64,000 nt of DNA from Candidatus Moranbacteria bacterium GW2011_GWC2_40_12 (lineage in GTDB: Bacteria > Patescibacteriota > Minisyncoccia > Moranbacterales > UBA11712). The stretch covers positions 23,711 to 87,710 of the forward strand of contig LBYD01000004.1 in assembly GCA_000995965.1 (NCBI GenBank). The letters are read 5' to 3'. The translations under genes were made by a program, and so were the position numbers. Under the pieces are notes generated by a model. The model made no database searches, was not told where the DNA came from, and saw nothing but the letters and a program-made list of their open reading frames with translations. Below are positions 48,352 to 56,903 of the stretch, in pieces (position 1 is the first letter of the stretch; the number at the start of each line of letters is the position of its first letter).

Positions 48352-49170
48352 TTGGTTATCCTAACATTCAATGTTGGGGAAACCCCAATATTGAATGTTA
48401 GGATCGTGAAAGACAAGGGCACAAAAAAAATATTATCTGACCTTGAATCCGGTTATGATCTCATTGCCGAAAAGTTCTCTTCAACCCGCGCATTTATGTG
48501 GCGGGATTTGGGGTTTGTGAAGGATATGGTAAAACCGGGGGATAGAGTGTTGGATTTTGGTTGTGGGAATGGGAGACTGGCGGGATTCTTATTGGGGGAA
48601 TCGGGGAGAGAGGAGAGATTAGGCAGATATGTTGGGGTAGATATATCGCAAAAACTGATTGATATTGCCAGTCAAAAGTATTCTAACGAAAAAACGAAAT
48701 TTATAAAAGTTCACCCTGTTAAATCCACGACGAAAGGTCGGGGTGCGCCTTTGGCGCAATTTAACAGGGTAAAGCCTTCATCTTTGAGATTACCACTTAA
48801 GGATAACCAGTTCGACATTATTTTTTCCATCGCTGTTTTTCATCATTTTCCGAGCCGAGAATACGCGCTTGAAATCGCAAAAGAATTGCGTCGGGTTTTG
48901 AAACCGGGCGGAAAAATTGTCGTCACAGTTTGGAATCTGTGGCAAAAACAATTTTTAAGGTTCGGCCTTAAAAATCTAAAAAGGTCGGATCTTGAGAGTA
49001 AATCGGACTGGAGAAGTTTTTATATTCCTTTCAAAGCCGGAGAAAAAGTATTTCGGCGCTATCACCATCCTTTCAAGATAGGGGAACTAAATAGTCTCAT
49101 GAATGAAGCCGGCTTCAAAACGAGGAGAACAAAAGAGGGGTGGAATCTGGTTTATATCGGAAGAAAATAA
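48352..49170 (+). CDS. class I SAM-dependent methyltransferase
   Basis: VLDFGCGNGRLAG motif I; IIFSIAVFHHFPS; RPGGKIVVTVWN. Confidence 0.7.
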   Translation: MVILTFNVGETPILNVRIVKDKGTKKILSDLESGYDLIAEKFSSTRAFMWRDLGFVKDMVKPGDRVLDFGCGNGRLAGFLLGESGREERLGRYVGVDISQKLIDIASQKYSNEKTKFIKVHPVKSTTKGRGAPLAQFNRVKPSSLRLPLKDNQFDIIFSIAVFHHFPSREYALEIAKELRRVLKPGGKIVVTVWNLWQKQFLRFGLKNLKRSDLESKSDWRSFYIPFKAGEKVFRRYHHPFKIGELNSLMNEAGFKTRRTKEGWNLVYIGRK

Positions 49171-49241
49171 AAAAGGGCTGGTCAGGCCCTAAACTCGTAA
49201 CCCTTATTGCCTCCTTAATTAGTTGTGATTAGTTAACATGA

Positions 49242-49604
49242 CTATAAAAGGCCGCTTACTTCATTCATGGCCCTTGCCAAAAGATCCATACTCTCCCGGT
49301 TTTGAGAGCCTTGCTGGAGCTTCATTACCGAGAAATATATTTCCCTAAACAAATGGAGAATCCCGTAGATTCCGAGAATGGACCTCTCGTAAGACTCGGC
49401 ATCATTCTGGTTTTTCGCCGTCCCTGCGAGGTCGGCGAGCAGATCGGCCCGGGCTACGAGAGCTTCCAGCAGGGGGTTCAGAGAGACAGGAAGAATACTG
49501 ATGGGAATGGAACCCGCAAGATGGTGCCCAGGCTCGTAGATCACATTTGCCGGATTCGCACGTTCTTGCTTGATGGCATCAAGGAATTGGCTCAATCCTT
49601 TCAT
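49242..49604 (-). CDS. hypothetical protein (GC-rich, divergent from lexA)
   Basis: SD AGGAGG 6 nt before the ATG (MKGLSQF...); noticeably higher GC than its neighbours. Confidence 0.4.
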   Translation of the reverse strand: MKGLSQFLDAIKQERANPANVIYEPGHHLAGSIPISILPVSLNPLLEALVARADLLADLAGTAKNQNDAESYERSILGIYGILHLFREIYFSVMKLQQGSQNRESMDLLARAMNEVSGLL

Positions 49605-49788
49605 GTGCAACCTCCTTATGAGAGCTATAAATTTACTTGAAGTTAGCAACGAACTTCAAAGTTGTCAATTATATTAGAAAATATGAGATATTTCGGGCTT
49701 GACAAAGATAGATAGATAGTGATATAGTGATAGTGTAGACGTATCGTATAACGTGGAATGTAGAATGCTAATTTTTTAGTTTAGTAAA

Positions 49789-50460
49789 ATGGAAAAAGAA
49801 TTAACACATAAACAGAATCTAATTCTCGAAACCATCCGCGAGGTGATTGACGGCGGGCAGGGGAACCCGACGACGTATAAAATCGCGAAGTATCTGCAAA
49901 AGAAGGGGATGAAAGACGAGTCGGTGAAAAGCGTCTCGCAAGTTATCGAATCACTTGAGAAAAAAGATTTGGTGAAGCGGGATGTTTTTCGAAAACTGTA
50001 TCTCGTCGAAAACGAAAATATGCCGGCCGGACTCGAGGGAGTTTTTCAGGTTCCAGTTTACGGTCTGGCTTCGGCAGGGGACGCGCTGGCTTTTGCTGAA
50101 GACAATATTGACGGCTATCTTCAAATTTCGGAAAGCCTGATCCGGCCGAGCGCCAAAGCGCAGCTGTTTGCCGTGAAGACACTCGGAGATTCGATGGACA
50201 AGGAAGGAATCGGCGACGGAGATTATGTTATTTTTGAAAAAAAAGACGCCGATTTTGATTTCGACGGAAAAATTGTTGTCGCCATTGTAAACGGCCTCGC
50301 GACGATCAAGCGATATCGCAAGCTCGGAAATGGCGTCATTGGACTGTTCCCAAGCTCAACGAACAGTTTCCACCAGCCGATCTATATCCACGAATCGGAT
50401 TCGTTCATGATCGCCGGAGTTTTCAAAAAAGTTTTGCCGGTGAAATTTGTTAGCTTATAA
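49789..50460 (+). CDS. lexA: LexA-family repressor (S24 peptidase)
   Basis: N-terminal winged-helix region, an A-G cleavage-site-like LASAGDA, and a C-terminal GDSM (Ser nucleophile)...KRY(R)K (Lys) S24 domain. Confidence 0.8.
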   Translation: MEKELTHKQNLILETIREVIDGGQGNPTTYKIAKYLQKKGMKDESVKSVSQVIESLEKKDLVKRDVFRKLYLVENENMPAGLEGVFQVPVYGLASAGDALAFAEDNIDGYLQISESLIRPSAKAQLFAVKTLGDSMDKEGIGDGDYVIFEKKDADFDFDGKIVVAIVNGLATIKRYRKLGNGVIGLFPSSTNSFHQPIYIHESDSFMIAGVFKKVLPVKFVSL

Positions 50461-50461
50461 A

Positions 50462-50522
50462 AAAAGCTTGGCTTTGGGGAATGACGGGAGCTGAGCTCCC
50501 GTCAGGAAAAAGGAGAGCTTTG
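50462..50522. repeat. MITE-like nested-hairpin repeat, copy D
   Basis: AAAGCTTGGCTTTGGGGAATGACGGGAGCTGAGCTCCCGTCAGGAAAAAGGAGAGCTTTGG between the lexA stop and the next ATG. Confidence 0.75.
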
Positions 50523-50530
50523 GAAAAATA

Positions 50531-50999
50531 TATGAGACAAGAATGTTGCAAAAGGTTGCTTCCTGAAGAATGGGACCAAAAAGAAATTGTCTGGCGGGAC
50601 AAGCCGTTTTATCGCGACAAGTATTGGTCTTTTCTCCATGTGCCGTTTGATTTTGGAAAAAAGATTGTTCGAGGGCTGGAGACAATCAAAGAAGCGGGAC
50701 TTATTTCAGAACAAATGGTGCTTTCAAAGAACGATGGCCTTTGGGGAGGAGAGATGCTTATTCCGGTAAGCCAGAAAACGGACCGCTTCCAGACGGAGCT
50801 GGTGACGGGGAGATTTTTGACGCGTCTTTTTGAAGGACACTACGGCGATATGCGCCGCTGGATCAAAGAAACAAAAAAATACGCCGCCGAAAAAGGTTTC
50901 GAAGCCAAAGAGTTTATTTTTTTCTATGCCACCTGTCCCAAATGCGCCAAGAAATATGGCGACGAAGTGCAGGTGGTGGTGTTTGCGAGAGTGGAGTAA
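50531..50999 (+). CDS. hypothetical protein downstream of lexA (156 aa; CPKC zinc-ribbon-like motif)
   Basis: Chosen ATG after the repeat (ggaaaaatatATG, same context as the gene after copy B); the track start 50481 lies inside the repeat. Confidence 0.45.
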
Positions 51000-51086
51000 T
51001 TTTGCCTTTTCTTTTGGAAGTCGTTATAATATAAAAGTACCGTGGGGGTACTTATTTTTTACTGAATTTAACCTAAAACAAAATCT

Positions 51087-51638
51087 ATGCCTCCAGCATT
51101 CAAAAGGCCCAGTTGGGACGCCTATTTCATGGCTCTTGCGAAACTTGCTGCGTCTCGTTCAACTTGCATTTCGCGTCCAACGGGATGTGTTATTATTCGT
51201 GACAAGCAAGTACTTTCAACGGGATACAACGGATCGATGCCGGGTGTGCCGCATTGCTCCGATGAAGGGGTATGCTACCGCCGGAGCATCAAGGCGGCGG
51301 ACGCGGGAAAATACGATTTTTGCCGCAGCATTCACGCGGAAGCAAACGCCATTGCACTCGCTGCCCGGACCGGGATCAGCGTCGAGGGAGCGACGGCCTA
51401 TTTCACTCTTTTTCCGTGCTATGTCTGCACGAAACTTTTGGTGCGCGCCGGAATCCGCGAGATTGTATATGAAATCGGATATGAATCAAAAGACGCCATG
51501 CGCGACAAGCACTGGCAGGAAGTGGCCAATGAAGCCAATATCCGGATTCGGCAAGTGAAGCTTTCCAAAGATGACAGAAAATGGTTTGAGGGATTTTTGC
51601 AGGACGATACGTCGAGGAGAAGAATACCAAGCGAGTAA
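51087..51638 (+). CDS. dCMP deaminase (ComEB-type cytidine/deoxycytidylate deaminase)
   Basis: HAEANAI (zinc His/Glu) and PCYVCTKLL (PCxxC) CDA-fold motifs. Confidence 0.8.
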   Translation: MPPAFKRPSWDAYFMALAKLAASRSTCISRPTGCVIIRDKQVLSTGYNGSMPGVPHCSDEGVCYRRSIKAADAGKYDFCRSIHAEANAIALAARTGISVEGATAYFTLFPCYVCTKLLVRAGIREIVYEIGYESKDAMRDKHWQEVANEANIRIRQVKLSKDDRKWFEGFLQDDTSRRRIPSE

Positions 51639-51640
51639 GT

Positions 51641-51675
51641 CACATAACACATAACACATAACACATAACACAAAT
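51641..51675 (+). repeat. (CACATAA)4-5 heptanucleotide tandem repeat abutting a start codon
   Basis: cacataa x4 followed by cacaaat, then ATG at 51676. Confidence 0.9.
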
Positions 51676-52215
51676 ATGTTAATTGGCATCAAAGATTTAC
51701 TAAAACTCGTCAAAGAAAAAAAGCTGGTGGAAAATCTTTCAGAAAGGGAGCTCAAAAATCCGGAAGGGTCGGGGTTTGATCTTCGAATGGGGGAAGTATA
51801 CGAACTCGAAGGCTACGGCTATCTTGGCCTTGAAGAAAGAGAAACGCCAAAATCGACTCTGGTCGCGAAATTTGACGCAAAAAAAATTACCTCCTATATT
51901 TTCGAGCCGGGGAAATATTATCTCATAAAAACCATTGAAACGGTTAACCTTCCAATTGATCTCGCGGGAATAATTTTTCCGCGGACGACCCTTTTTCGTT
52001 CGGGCCTCGCGCTTTTCAATGGGATTGTGAACACCGGTTATCAGGGCGAGCTCACTTTCGGGCTATGCAACCTTGGCAAATCAAATATCAAAGTGGACAT
52101 GGGCGCGCGCGTTGTCCATATCACATTTCATGAAGTGCTGGGTGAAGGATCGCAATATCGTGGCCAATGGCAGGGGGGGAGAGTGACGACGGAGAGACGG
52201 GAAAAACAAGTATAA
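51676..52215 (+). CDS. dCTP deaminase / dUTPase-superfamily protein
   Basis: Beta-jelly-roll dUTPase-fold motifs (GFDLR...; IIFPRTTLFRSGL...NTGYQGELTF) typical of dcd-like enzymes. Confidence 0.6.
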   Translation: MLIGIKDLLKLVKEKKLVENLSERELKNPEGSGFDLRMGEVYELEGYGYLGLEERETPKSTLVAKFDAKKITSYIFEPGKYYLIKTIETVNLPIDLAGIIFPRTTLFRSGLALFNGIVNTGYQGELTFGLCNLGKSNIKVDMGARVVHITFHEVLGEGSQYRGQWQGGRVTTERREKQV

Positions 52216-52246
52216 AAATTTGACGTACGGGTTTTCCCAACATCGA

Positions 52247-52864
52247 ATGTTAGAAACAATGAAAAGAAAAAAAGGATTATTTATCGTATTAGAGGGGTTA
52301 GACGGTTCGGGGACCACGACCCAGGCGAAGTTTTTGGCCGAATATCTCAAGAAAAGGAGCTATAAAATTGAATTAACATCCGAGCCGTCAAACAATATTA
52401 TTGGCGGATTGATTAGGGGAATTCTAACCCGCCAGTGGAAGATCACACCAGTCGGGCTTCAGCTTCTTTTCGCGGCGGACAGGGCACATCATCTCGAAAA
52501 TTTTGTTCTGCCGGCGCTAAAGAAAAAGCAGGTTATCATCAGCACAAGGTATTTTTTTTCCAGTCTGGCTTTTGGATCGCTGGATATTGATCAAAAATGG
52601 CTTATCGAGATAAACAAAAAATTTCTGATTCCGGACGTGACATTTTTTATCGATACGAATCCAGCAGAGTGTTTGCGAAGAATTGCTAAAACGAGAATAA
52701 GAAAAGAATTTTTTGAAGAAAAGAAAAAACTGGAAAAAGTGCGGAAAAATTATTATCAATTGGTGAAAAAATATCCGCGATTTTACAAAATTGACGGTAA
52801 TAAAAAAGAAAAAGAAGTTTTTGAAACGATAAAGAGAATTATTGATAAGTTTATTAAAAGCTAA
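52247..52864 (+). CDS. tmk: thymidylate kinase
   Basis: FIVLEGLDGSGTTTQ P-loop, and a DRxxxxS LID region (FAADRAHH). Confidence 0.8.
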   Translation: MLETMKRKKGLFIVLEGLDGSGTTTQAKFLAEYLKKRSYKIELTSEPSNNIIGGLIRGILTRQWKITPVGLQLLFAADRAHHLENFVLPALKKKQVIISTRYFFSSLAFGSLDIDQKWLIEINKKFLIPDVTFFIDTNPAECLRRIAKTRIRKEFFEEKKKLEKVRKNYYQLVKKYPRFYKIDGNKKEKEVFETIKRIIDKFIKS

Positions 52865-52923
52865 GCTTTCCCCTTTCCTGATTATTAGTCTGGAAATTCC
52901 TCAAAGCTTAGCTTTAGGATAAC

Positions 52924-54453
52924 ATGAAATATAAACCCACAATCGGGATGGAAGTGCACGTGGAGCTGAAGACGGACTCCAAAATGTTTTGCGCGTGCAA
53001 AAATGAGCTGGGGCTTGAACGGGTGCCGAACTCGAACATTTGTCCGATCTGCACCGGGCAGCCCGGAGCGCTTCCCGTGGCGAACGAAAAGGCGATTGAG
53101 TTCGTCATTCGAGCGGGGCTGGCTCTGAATTGCCAAATCGCAAAAATTTCCAAGTTTGACCGGAAAAATTATTTCTACCCGGACCTTCCCAAAGGATATC
53201 AAATTTCTCAATACGACCAGCCTCTTTGCGAAAAGGGCTACTTGGAAATAGGCGGAAAAAAGATCGGGATTACCAGAATCCATCTCGAAGAAGATACAGG
53301 AAAATTGATCCATCAAAAAGGGACGGATTTTAGCCTCGTCGATTTCAATCGGAGCGGAGTTCCGCTGATGGAGCTTGTGACGGAGCCAGATATTGAATCG
53401 GCGGAAGAAGCGAAAAAATTCTGCGAGGATCTTCAGCAAATTCTTCGGTACATTGAAATATCTGATGCGGACATGGAAAAAGGGCAGATGAGATGCGAAG
53501 CGAATATTTCGATTCGAAAAGAAAGTGAGAAAACTTTTGGAACAAAAGTTGAAGTGAAAAATCTGAACTCTTTCAAATCTGTTGAAAAAGCGATTGATTT
53601 TGAGATGAAAAGGCAGGAAGAAGATTTAGAAGAGGGAAAAAAAGTTGTTCAGGAAACGAGGGGCTGGGACGAAAGCAAAATGATGACTTTTTCCCAAAGA
53701 GAAAAGGAATCGGCCCACGATTACCGCTATTTTCCCGAGCCCGATTTGCCGCCGCTTGAACTGGATGTGCAATATGTTGATAAGATCAAAGCGGAACTTC
53801 CGGAACTCCCGGCGCAAAAAATTGAAAGGTTTCAAAAGGAATATAATTTGGCGGAAAAAGATGGGGAAGTTCTTGTGCGTGACAAAGATCTAGCGCAATT
53901 TTTTGAAAACGCGGTCAGTGAAGCTTGCGAGCTATACTCGTCCCTCACCGAATCAAAGAAAATTATCAGCAGAGAGAAAAAGAATAGCTGCAATGAATCT
54001 AAAAAGATAGATTTGGTGAGGGATAAAAATGACAGCAAAATTGTGAAACTAACGGCCAATTATATCATTTCCGAACTCAAAAAATATCTGGATGAGAAGC
54101 ACAAGATTACTGATTTGAAATTAACGCCCGAAAACTTTGGGGAACTGATGAGTATTGTCGCTACTGGCAAAATAAATTCCAGCGCGGCCCAAACAGTGCT
54201 TGCGGAGATGGTGAAAACCGGCGGCGACCCGAGCCATATCATCGCCGAAAAAAATCTGGGGCAAATTGAGGACGATTTGGAAATTGAAAAAATAGTCAAA
54301 AAAGTTATTTCAAATAATCCTGGCCCTGTCGCGGATTATAAGTCCGGGAAAGTTGCGGCCTTGCAATTTTTGCTGGGTCTTGTTATGAAAGAGAGTAAAG
54401 GGAAAGTAGAACCAAAAAAGGCAATGGAAATAATCAAGAAGAATTTAAAATGA
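52924..54453 (+). CDS. gatB: Asp-tRNA(Asn)/Glu-tRNA(Gln) amidotransferase subunit B
   Basis: MKYKPTIGMEVHVEL...CxC..., ICPICTGQPG, a C-terminal YqeY-like domain. Confidence 0.9.
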   Translation: MKYKPTIGMEVHVELKTDSKMFCACKNELGLERVPNSNICPICTGQPGALPVANEKAIEFVIRAGLALNCQIAKISKFDRKNYFYPDLPKGYQISQYDQPLCEKGYLEIGGKKIGITRIHLEEDTGKLIHQKGTDFSLVDFNRSGVPLMELVTEPDIESAEEAKKFCEDLQQILRYIEISDADMEKGQMRCEANISIRKESEKTFGTKVEVKNLNSFKSVEKAIDFEMKRQEEDLEEGKKVVQETRGWDESKMMTFSQREKESAHDYRYFPEPDLPPLELDVQYVDKIKAELPELPAQKIERFQKEYNLAEKDGEVLVRDKDLAQFFENAVSEACELYSSLTESKKIISREKKNSCNESKKIDLVRDKNDSKIVKLTANYIISELKKYLDEKHKITDLKLTPENFGELMSIVATGKINSSAAQTVLAEMVKTGGDPSHIIAEKNLGQIEDDLEIEKIVKKVISNNPGPVADYKSGKVAALQFLLGLVMKESKGKVEPKKAMEIIKKNLK

Positions 54454-54474
54454 AAATATTGAGGAGGGGAATCT

Positions 54475-54738
54475 ATGCCTAATCGAAATAGGCCGAACCA
54501 GGAGTGTTGGAAATTGGGTTGCGCAGCCGTGTCCAATCCGACCGGACGTGGTTGCAATGATGAAATTTGTCCTCAAAAATTCCCAACGCCTGGAGAGAAA
54601 TTGGTCAAGGCCGATGAGGCAGCTTCAAGTGTTCCGGCTTCGGTTCTGAAATACACGCCGGAGGCAAAATGCACCTGTAATTTCGTTAATGGGGAGCACC
54701 AGGCCTGCTGTCCCCTCGGCAGAGGGAGGTCAGGCTAA
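54475..54738 (+). CDS. small cysteine-rich protein (87 aa)
   Basis: Strong SD GAGGAGGGG; 9 Cys (CWKLGC...GCNDEIC...CTC...CC); GC-richer than the genome. Confidence 0.45.
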   Translation: MPNRNRPNQECWKLGCAAVSNPTGRGCNDEICPQKFPTPGEKLVKADEAASSVPASVLKYTPEAKCTCNFVNGEHQACCPLGRGRSG

Positions 54739-54785
54739 AAAAGTAAAAAGTTTTGGTGATTCCAATTATCAGAAGGAGAAAGACG

Positions 54786-54980
54786 ATGGCAAAAGTAGAA
54801 GCCTGTGAACAAATCGGTTGCGGTGTCGAAGGGAGAAATTGTGATCCCATGGGAAAGGGATGCGATAAATTTGAGGAGGCCGGCTACAGGCTTACCACAG
54901 AGGGAACTCTCATTTGCGATCTCTGCGAGGAGGTTATCGGAACCCATACGGGATTGTGTAAAAACGCACGGGACAGTTAA
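54786..54980 (+). CDS. small cysteine-rich protein (64 aa)
   Basis: SD GAAGGAG; 8 Cys (CEQIGCG...NC...GCDKF...CDLC...C); resembles the preceding ORF (C-x3-GC-x5-7-C...GC). Confidence 0.45.
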   Translation: MAKVEACEQIGCGVEGRNCDPMGKGCDKFEEAGYRLTTEGTLICDLCEEVIGTHTGLCKNARDS

Positions 54981-55056
54981 TACGGTTATGAAATCGAGCA
55001 CCAACAGGCCAGGCGCGTAATATTGCTCCTGGCCGTAGCTTTATAAAGATCTGCTG

Positions 55057-55167
55057 TTGACACATTATTCGGCGATTTATATAATGACAAAGATGACAAG
55101 AAATTTTGGAGCAAAATATAAATTAGTGTTTTAACGGATTCCCACCCGAGCGGTGGGAGTTTTTTTT
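55057..55167 (+). promoter_or_regulatory. canonical sigma70 promoter + leader mini-ORF + intrinsic terminator upstream of pyrB (attenuator candidate)
   Basis: TTGACA(55057)-17 nt-TATAAT(55080); leader ATG 55093..TAA 55134 (MTRNFGAKYKLVF, U-rich); then CCCACCcgagcGGTGGGag + T8 (55141-55167); pyrB ATG at 55203. Confidence 0.5.
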
Positions 55168-55202
55168 GTAAAAGACGTATAGTTTAACAGTAAAAATAAA
55201 TT

Positions 55203-56240
55203 ATGAAAAAGACACTAAAAGGGCAATCAATTCTGGAAGCCCAGCAGTTCAGCAGGGAAATTCTGGACGATTTGTTTTCGGAGGCGGATAAAATGCAGGG
55301 AGTCTGCAAATTTTTGGACGGGGGAGATGTTCCCGAAGAAGCGATGCATGAGTGCGGGGACATCAAAGCGGGAATGGCGGAGAAAAAAATCGCGCTGCTT
55401 TTTTATGAACCGAGCACCCGAACCTGGTCTTCGTTTTATGTCGCGGCGGAAAATCTTGGCGCGAGAGTAATGGCGATTCCGCCGGCACGGCAATTTTCAT
55501 CAGTCGTGAAAGGGGAGACGGTGAAAGACACAATTGCCATGTTTTGCGGCTACGGCATTGACGCGATTGTGATGCGTTCGGACAAAGAGGGAATGGCAAA
55601 AGAAGCGGACGAAGCGGCGCACTCGAACGGCCGCCAGGTTTCAATCATCAACGCTGGTGACGGCAAAGGCCAGCATCCGACGCAGGCGCTTCTGGATCTT
55701 TACACAATCAAAAGATTTTTTGAAAATGAACTTAGGAAGGATATTCACAAGGAAAAAATAAGCATCGCATATGTCGGGGATCTCGCAAATGGGCGGACAG
55801 TCCGGTCGCTCGCGTACCTTCTCAACAAATACCAAGATTCGGAAAAACTCGAATTTTTCTTTGTTTCGCCTTCGGTTCTGAAAATGAGAGATGATATCAA
55901 GGAATATCTCGAAAAAAAAGGCGTGAAGTTTTCCGAACATGAGAAACTGATCGATGTCGCGAACAAGGCGGATGTTTGCTATATGACGCGCGTGCAAAAA
56001 GAAAGATTGGAAGGGATTCAAGTTGATTATGATTTTATCCGAAGCAATTGTTCGATAACCAAAGAAGTCGTGAAGAAATTGAAAAAAGAAGCGATTGTGA
56101 TGCATCCATTGCCGCGCGATCCGACTTTCGGAGAAATTCCAGAATGGTTCGACAGCGACCCCAGGGCGAAATATATCCAGCAGGCCGAGAACGGGCTCTA
56201 TGTCCGGATGGCGCTTCTCAAAAAGGTGCTTTTGGGATAA
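55203..56240 (+). CDS. pyrB: aspartate carbamoyltransferase catalytic chain-like (ATCase/OTCase family)
   Basis: STRTW (STRTR carbamoyl-phosphate site), HPTQAL (HPxQ), HPLPRD (ATCase-type HPLPR rather than OTCase HCLP). Confidence 0.75.
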   Translation: MKKTLKGQSILEAQQFSREILDDLFSEADKMQGVCKFLDGGDVPEEAMHECGDIKAGMAEKKIALLFYEPSTRTWSSFYVAAENLGARVMAIPPARQFSSVVKGETVKDTIAMFCGYGIDAIVMRSDKEGMAKEADEAAHSNGRQVSIINAGDGKGQHPTQALLDLYTIKRFFENELRKDIHKEKISIAYVGDLANGRTVRSLAYLLNKYQDSEKLEFFFVSPSVLKMRDDIKEYLEKKGVKFSEHEKLIDVANKADVCYMTRVQKERLEGIQVDYDFIRSNCSITKEVVKKLKKEAIVMHPLPRDPTFGEIPEWFDSDPRAKYIQQAENGLYVRMALLKKVLLG

Positions 56241-56345
56241 TTTTCTACAGACTGCGAAATGATTACGAAAATACGAACCATATGCTAGGAGTTTGCGTTG
56301 AATGCCGCAATATTGAGTAAATTAAAGAAATAGTGGGCTTGACAG

Positions 56346-56451
56346 GATTTTTCGGTTGTAATAATATTATAAAAATGACAAAAAATACCGGATACAAGAA
56401 AATATTGACTGTTTCATGACGGAAAACCGCCCACGGGGGCGGATTTTTTTT
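56346..56451 (+). promoter_or_regulatory. second promoter-like + leader mini-ORF + terminator unit
   Basis: TTGACAgg...TAATAAT, mini-ORF ATGACAAAAAATACCGGATACAAGAAAATATTGACTGTTTCATGA (MTKNTGYKKILTVS), then AAAACCGCCCacgGGGGCGGa + T8; upstream of the Cys-rich ORF at 56525. Confidence 0.35.
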
Positions 56452-56524
56452 AGCTCTTTAACTAAAGAAGAGATAAAGTCCGGCAAAAATTTGCCGGTAT
56501 TATTTGAGGAGGTAAGGAGGGATT

Positions 56525-56830
56525 ATGAATAAGGGAAATTTAGCGGAAAATGGCGATGTCGGAACAATCTGTTGTCCCTTTGCGAATGGAGCCTGTCGAT
56601 TAGTACGGTGTCCCTGGTTCCATGAGAGTACTGTCCAGGTGTGCAATAACATCGGGGTCCTTGAAGAAATTTCACGGTTGCTGATGCAGGAAGGATTTAT
56701 CGTCGAAGGACTATCCATCCGTTGCGGGACATGCGGCACCCTAAATGGACACGGAAATGTCCCTGAAACGGGAGAAATCTGTCCGAAGAGATTTTGCTCG
56801 CTCCGCATCAATATCCTCACCGATCCCTAA
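56525..56830 (+). CDS. small cysteine-rich protein (101 aa)
   Basis: SD GGAGGTAAGGAGGG; 11 Cys (ICCPF..GACRLVRCPW...CGTCG...CPKRFC). Confidence 0.45.
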   Translation: MNKGNLAENGDVGTICCPFANGACRLVRCPWFHESTVQVCNNIGVLEEISRLLMQEGFIVEGLSIRCGTCGTLNGHGNVPETGEICPKRFCSLRINILTDP

Positions 56831-56903
56831 TTCATCCACCTACAGCAGAGCCCCGGTCATTTTGACGGGGCTCTAAAACTTTTTTACAGTATACTGTAAA
56901 ATT

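Noticed and set aside
50481-50530. Track start of ORF 50481-50999 (MTGAELPSGKRRALEKY...)
   Set aside because: The first 50 nt lie inside the MITE-like repeat (copy D). The downstream ATG at 50531, in the same ggaaaaatatATG context seen after repeat copy B, is the more plausible start.
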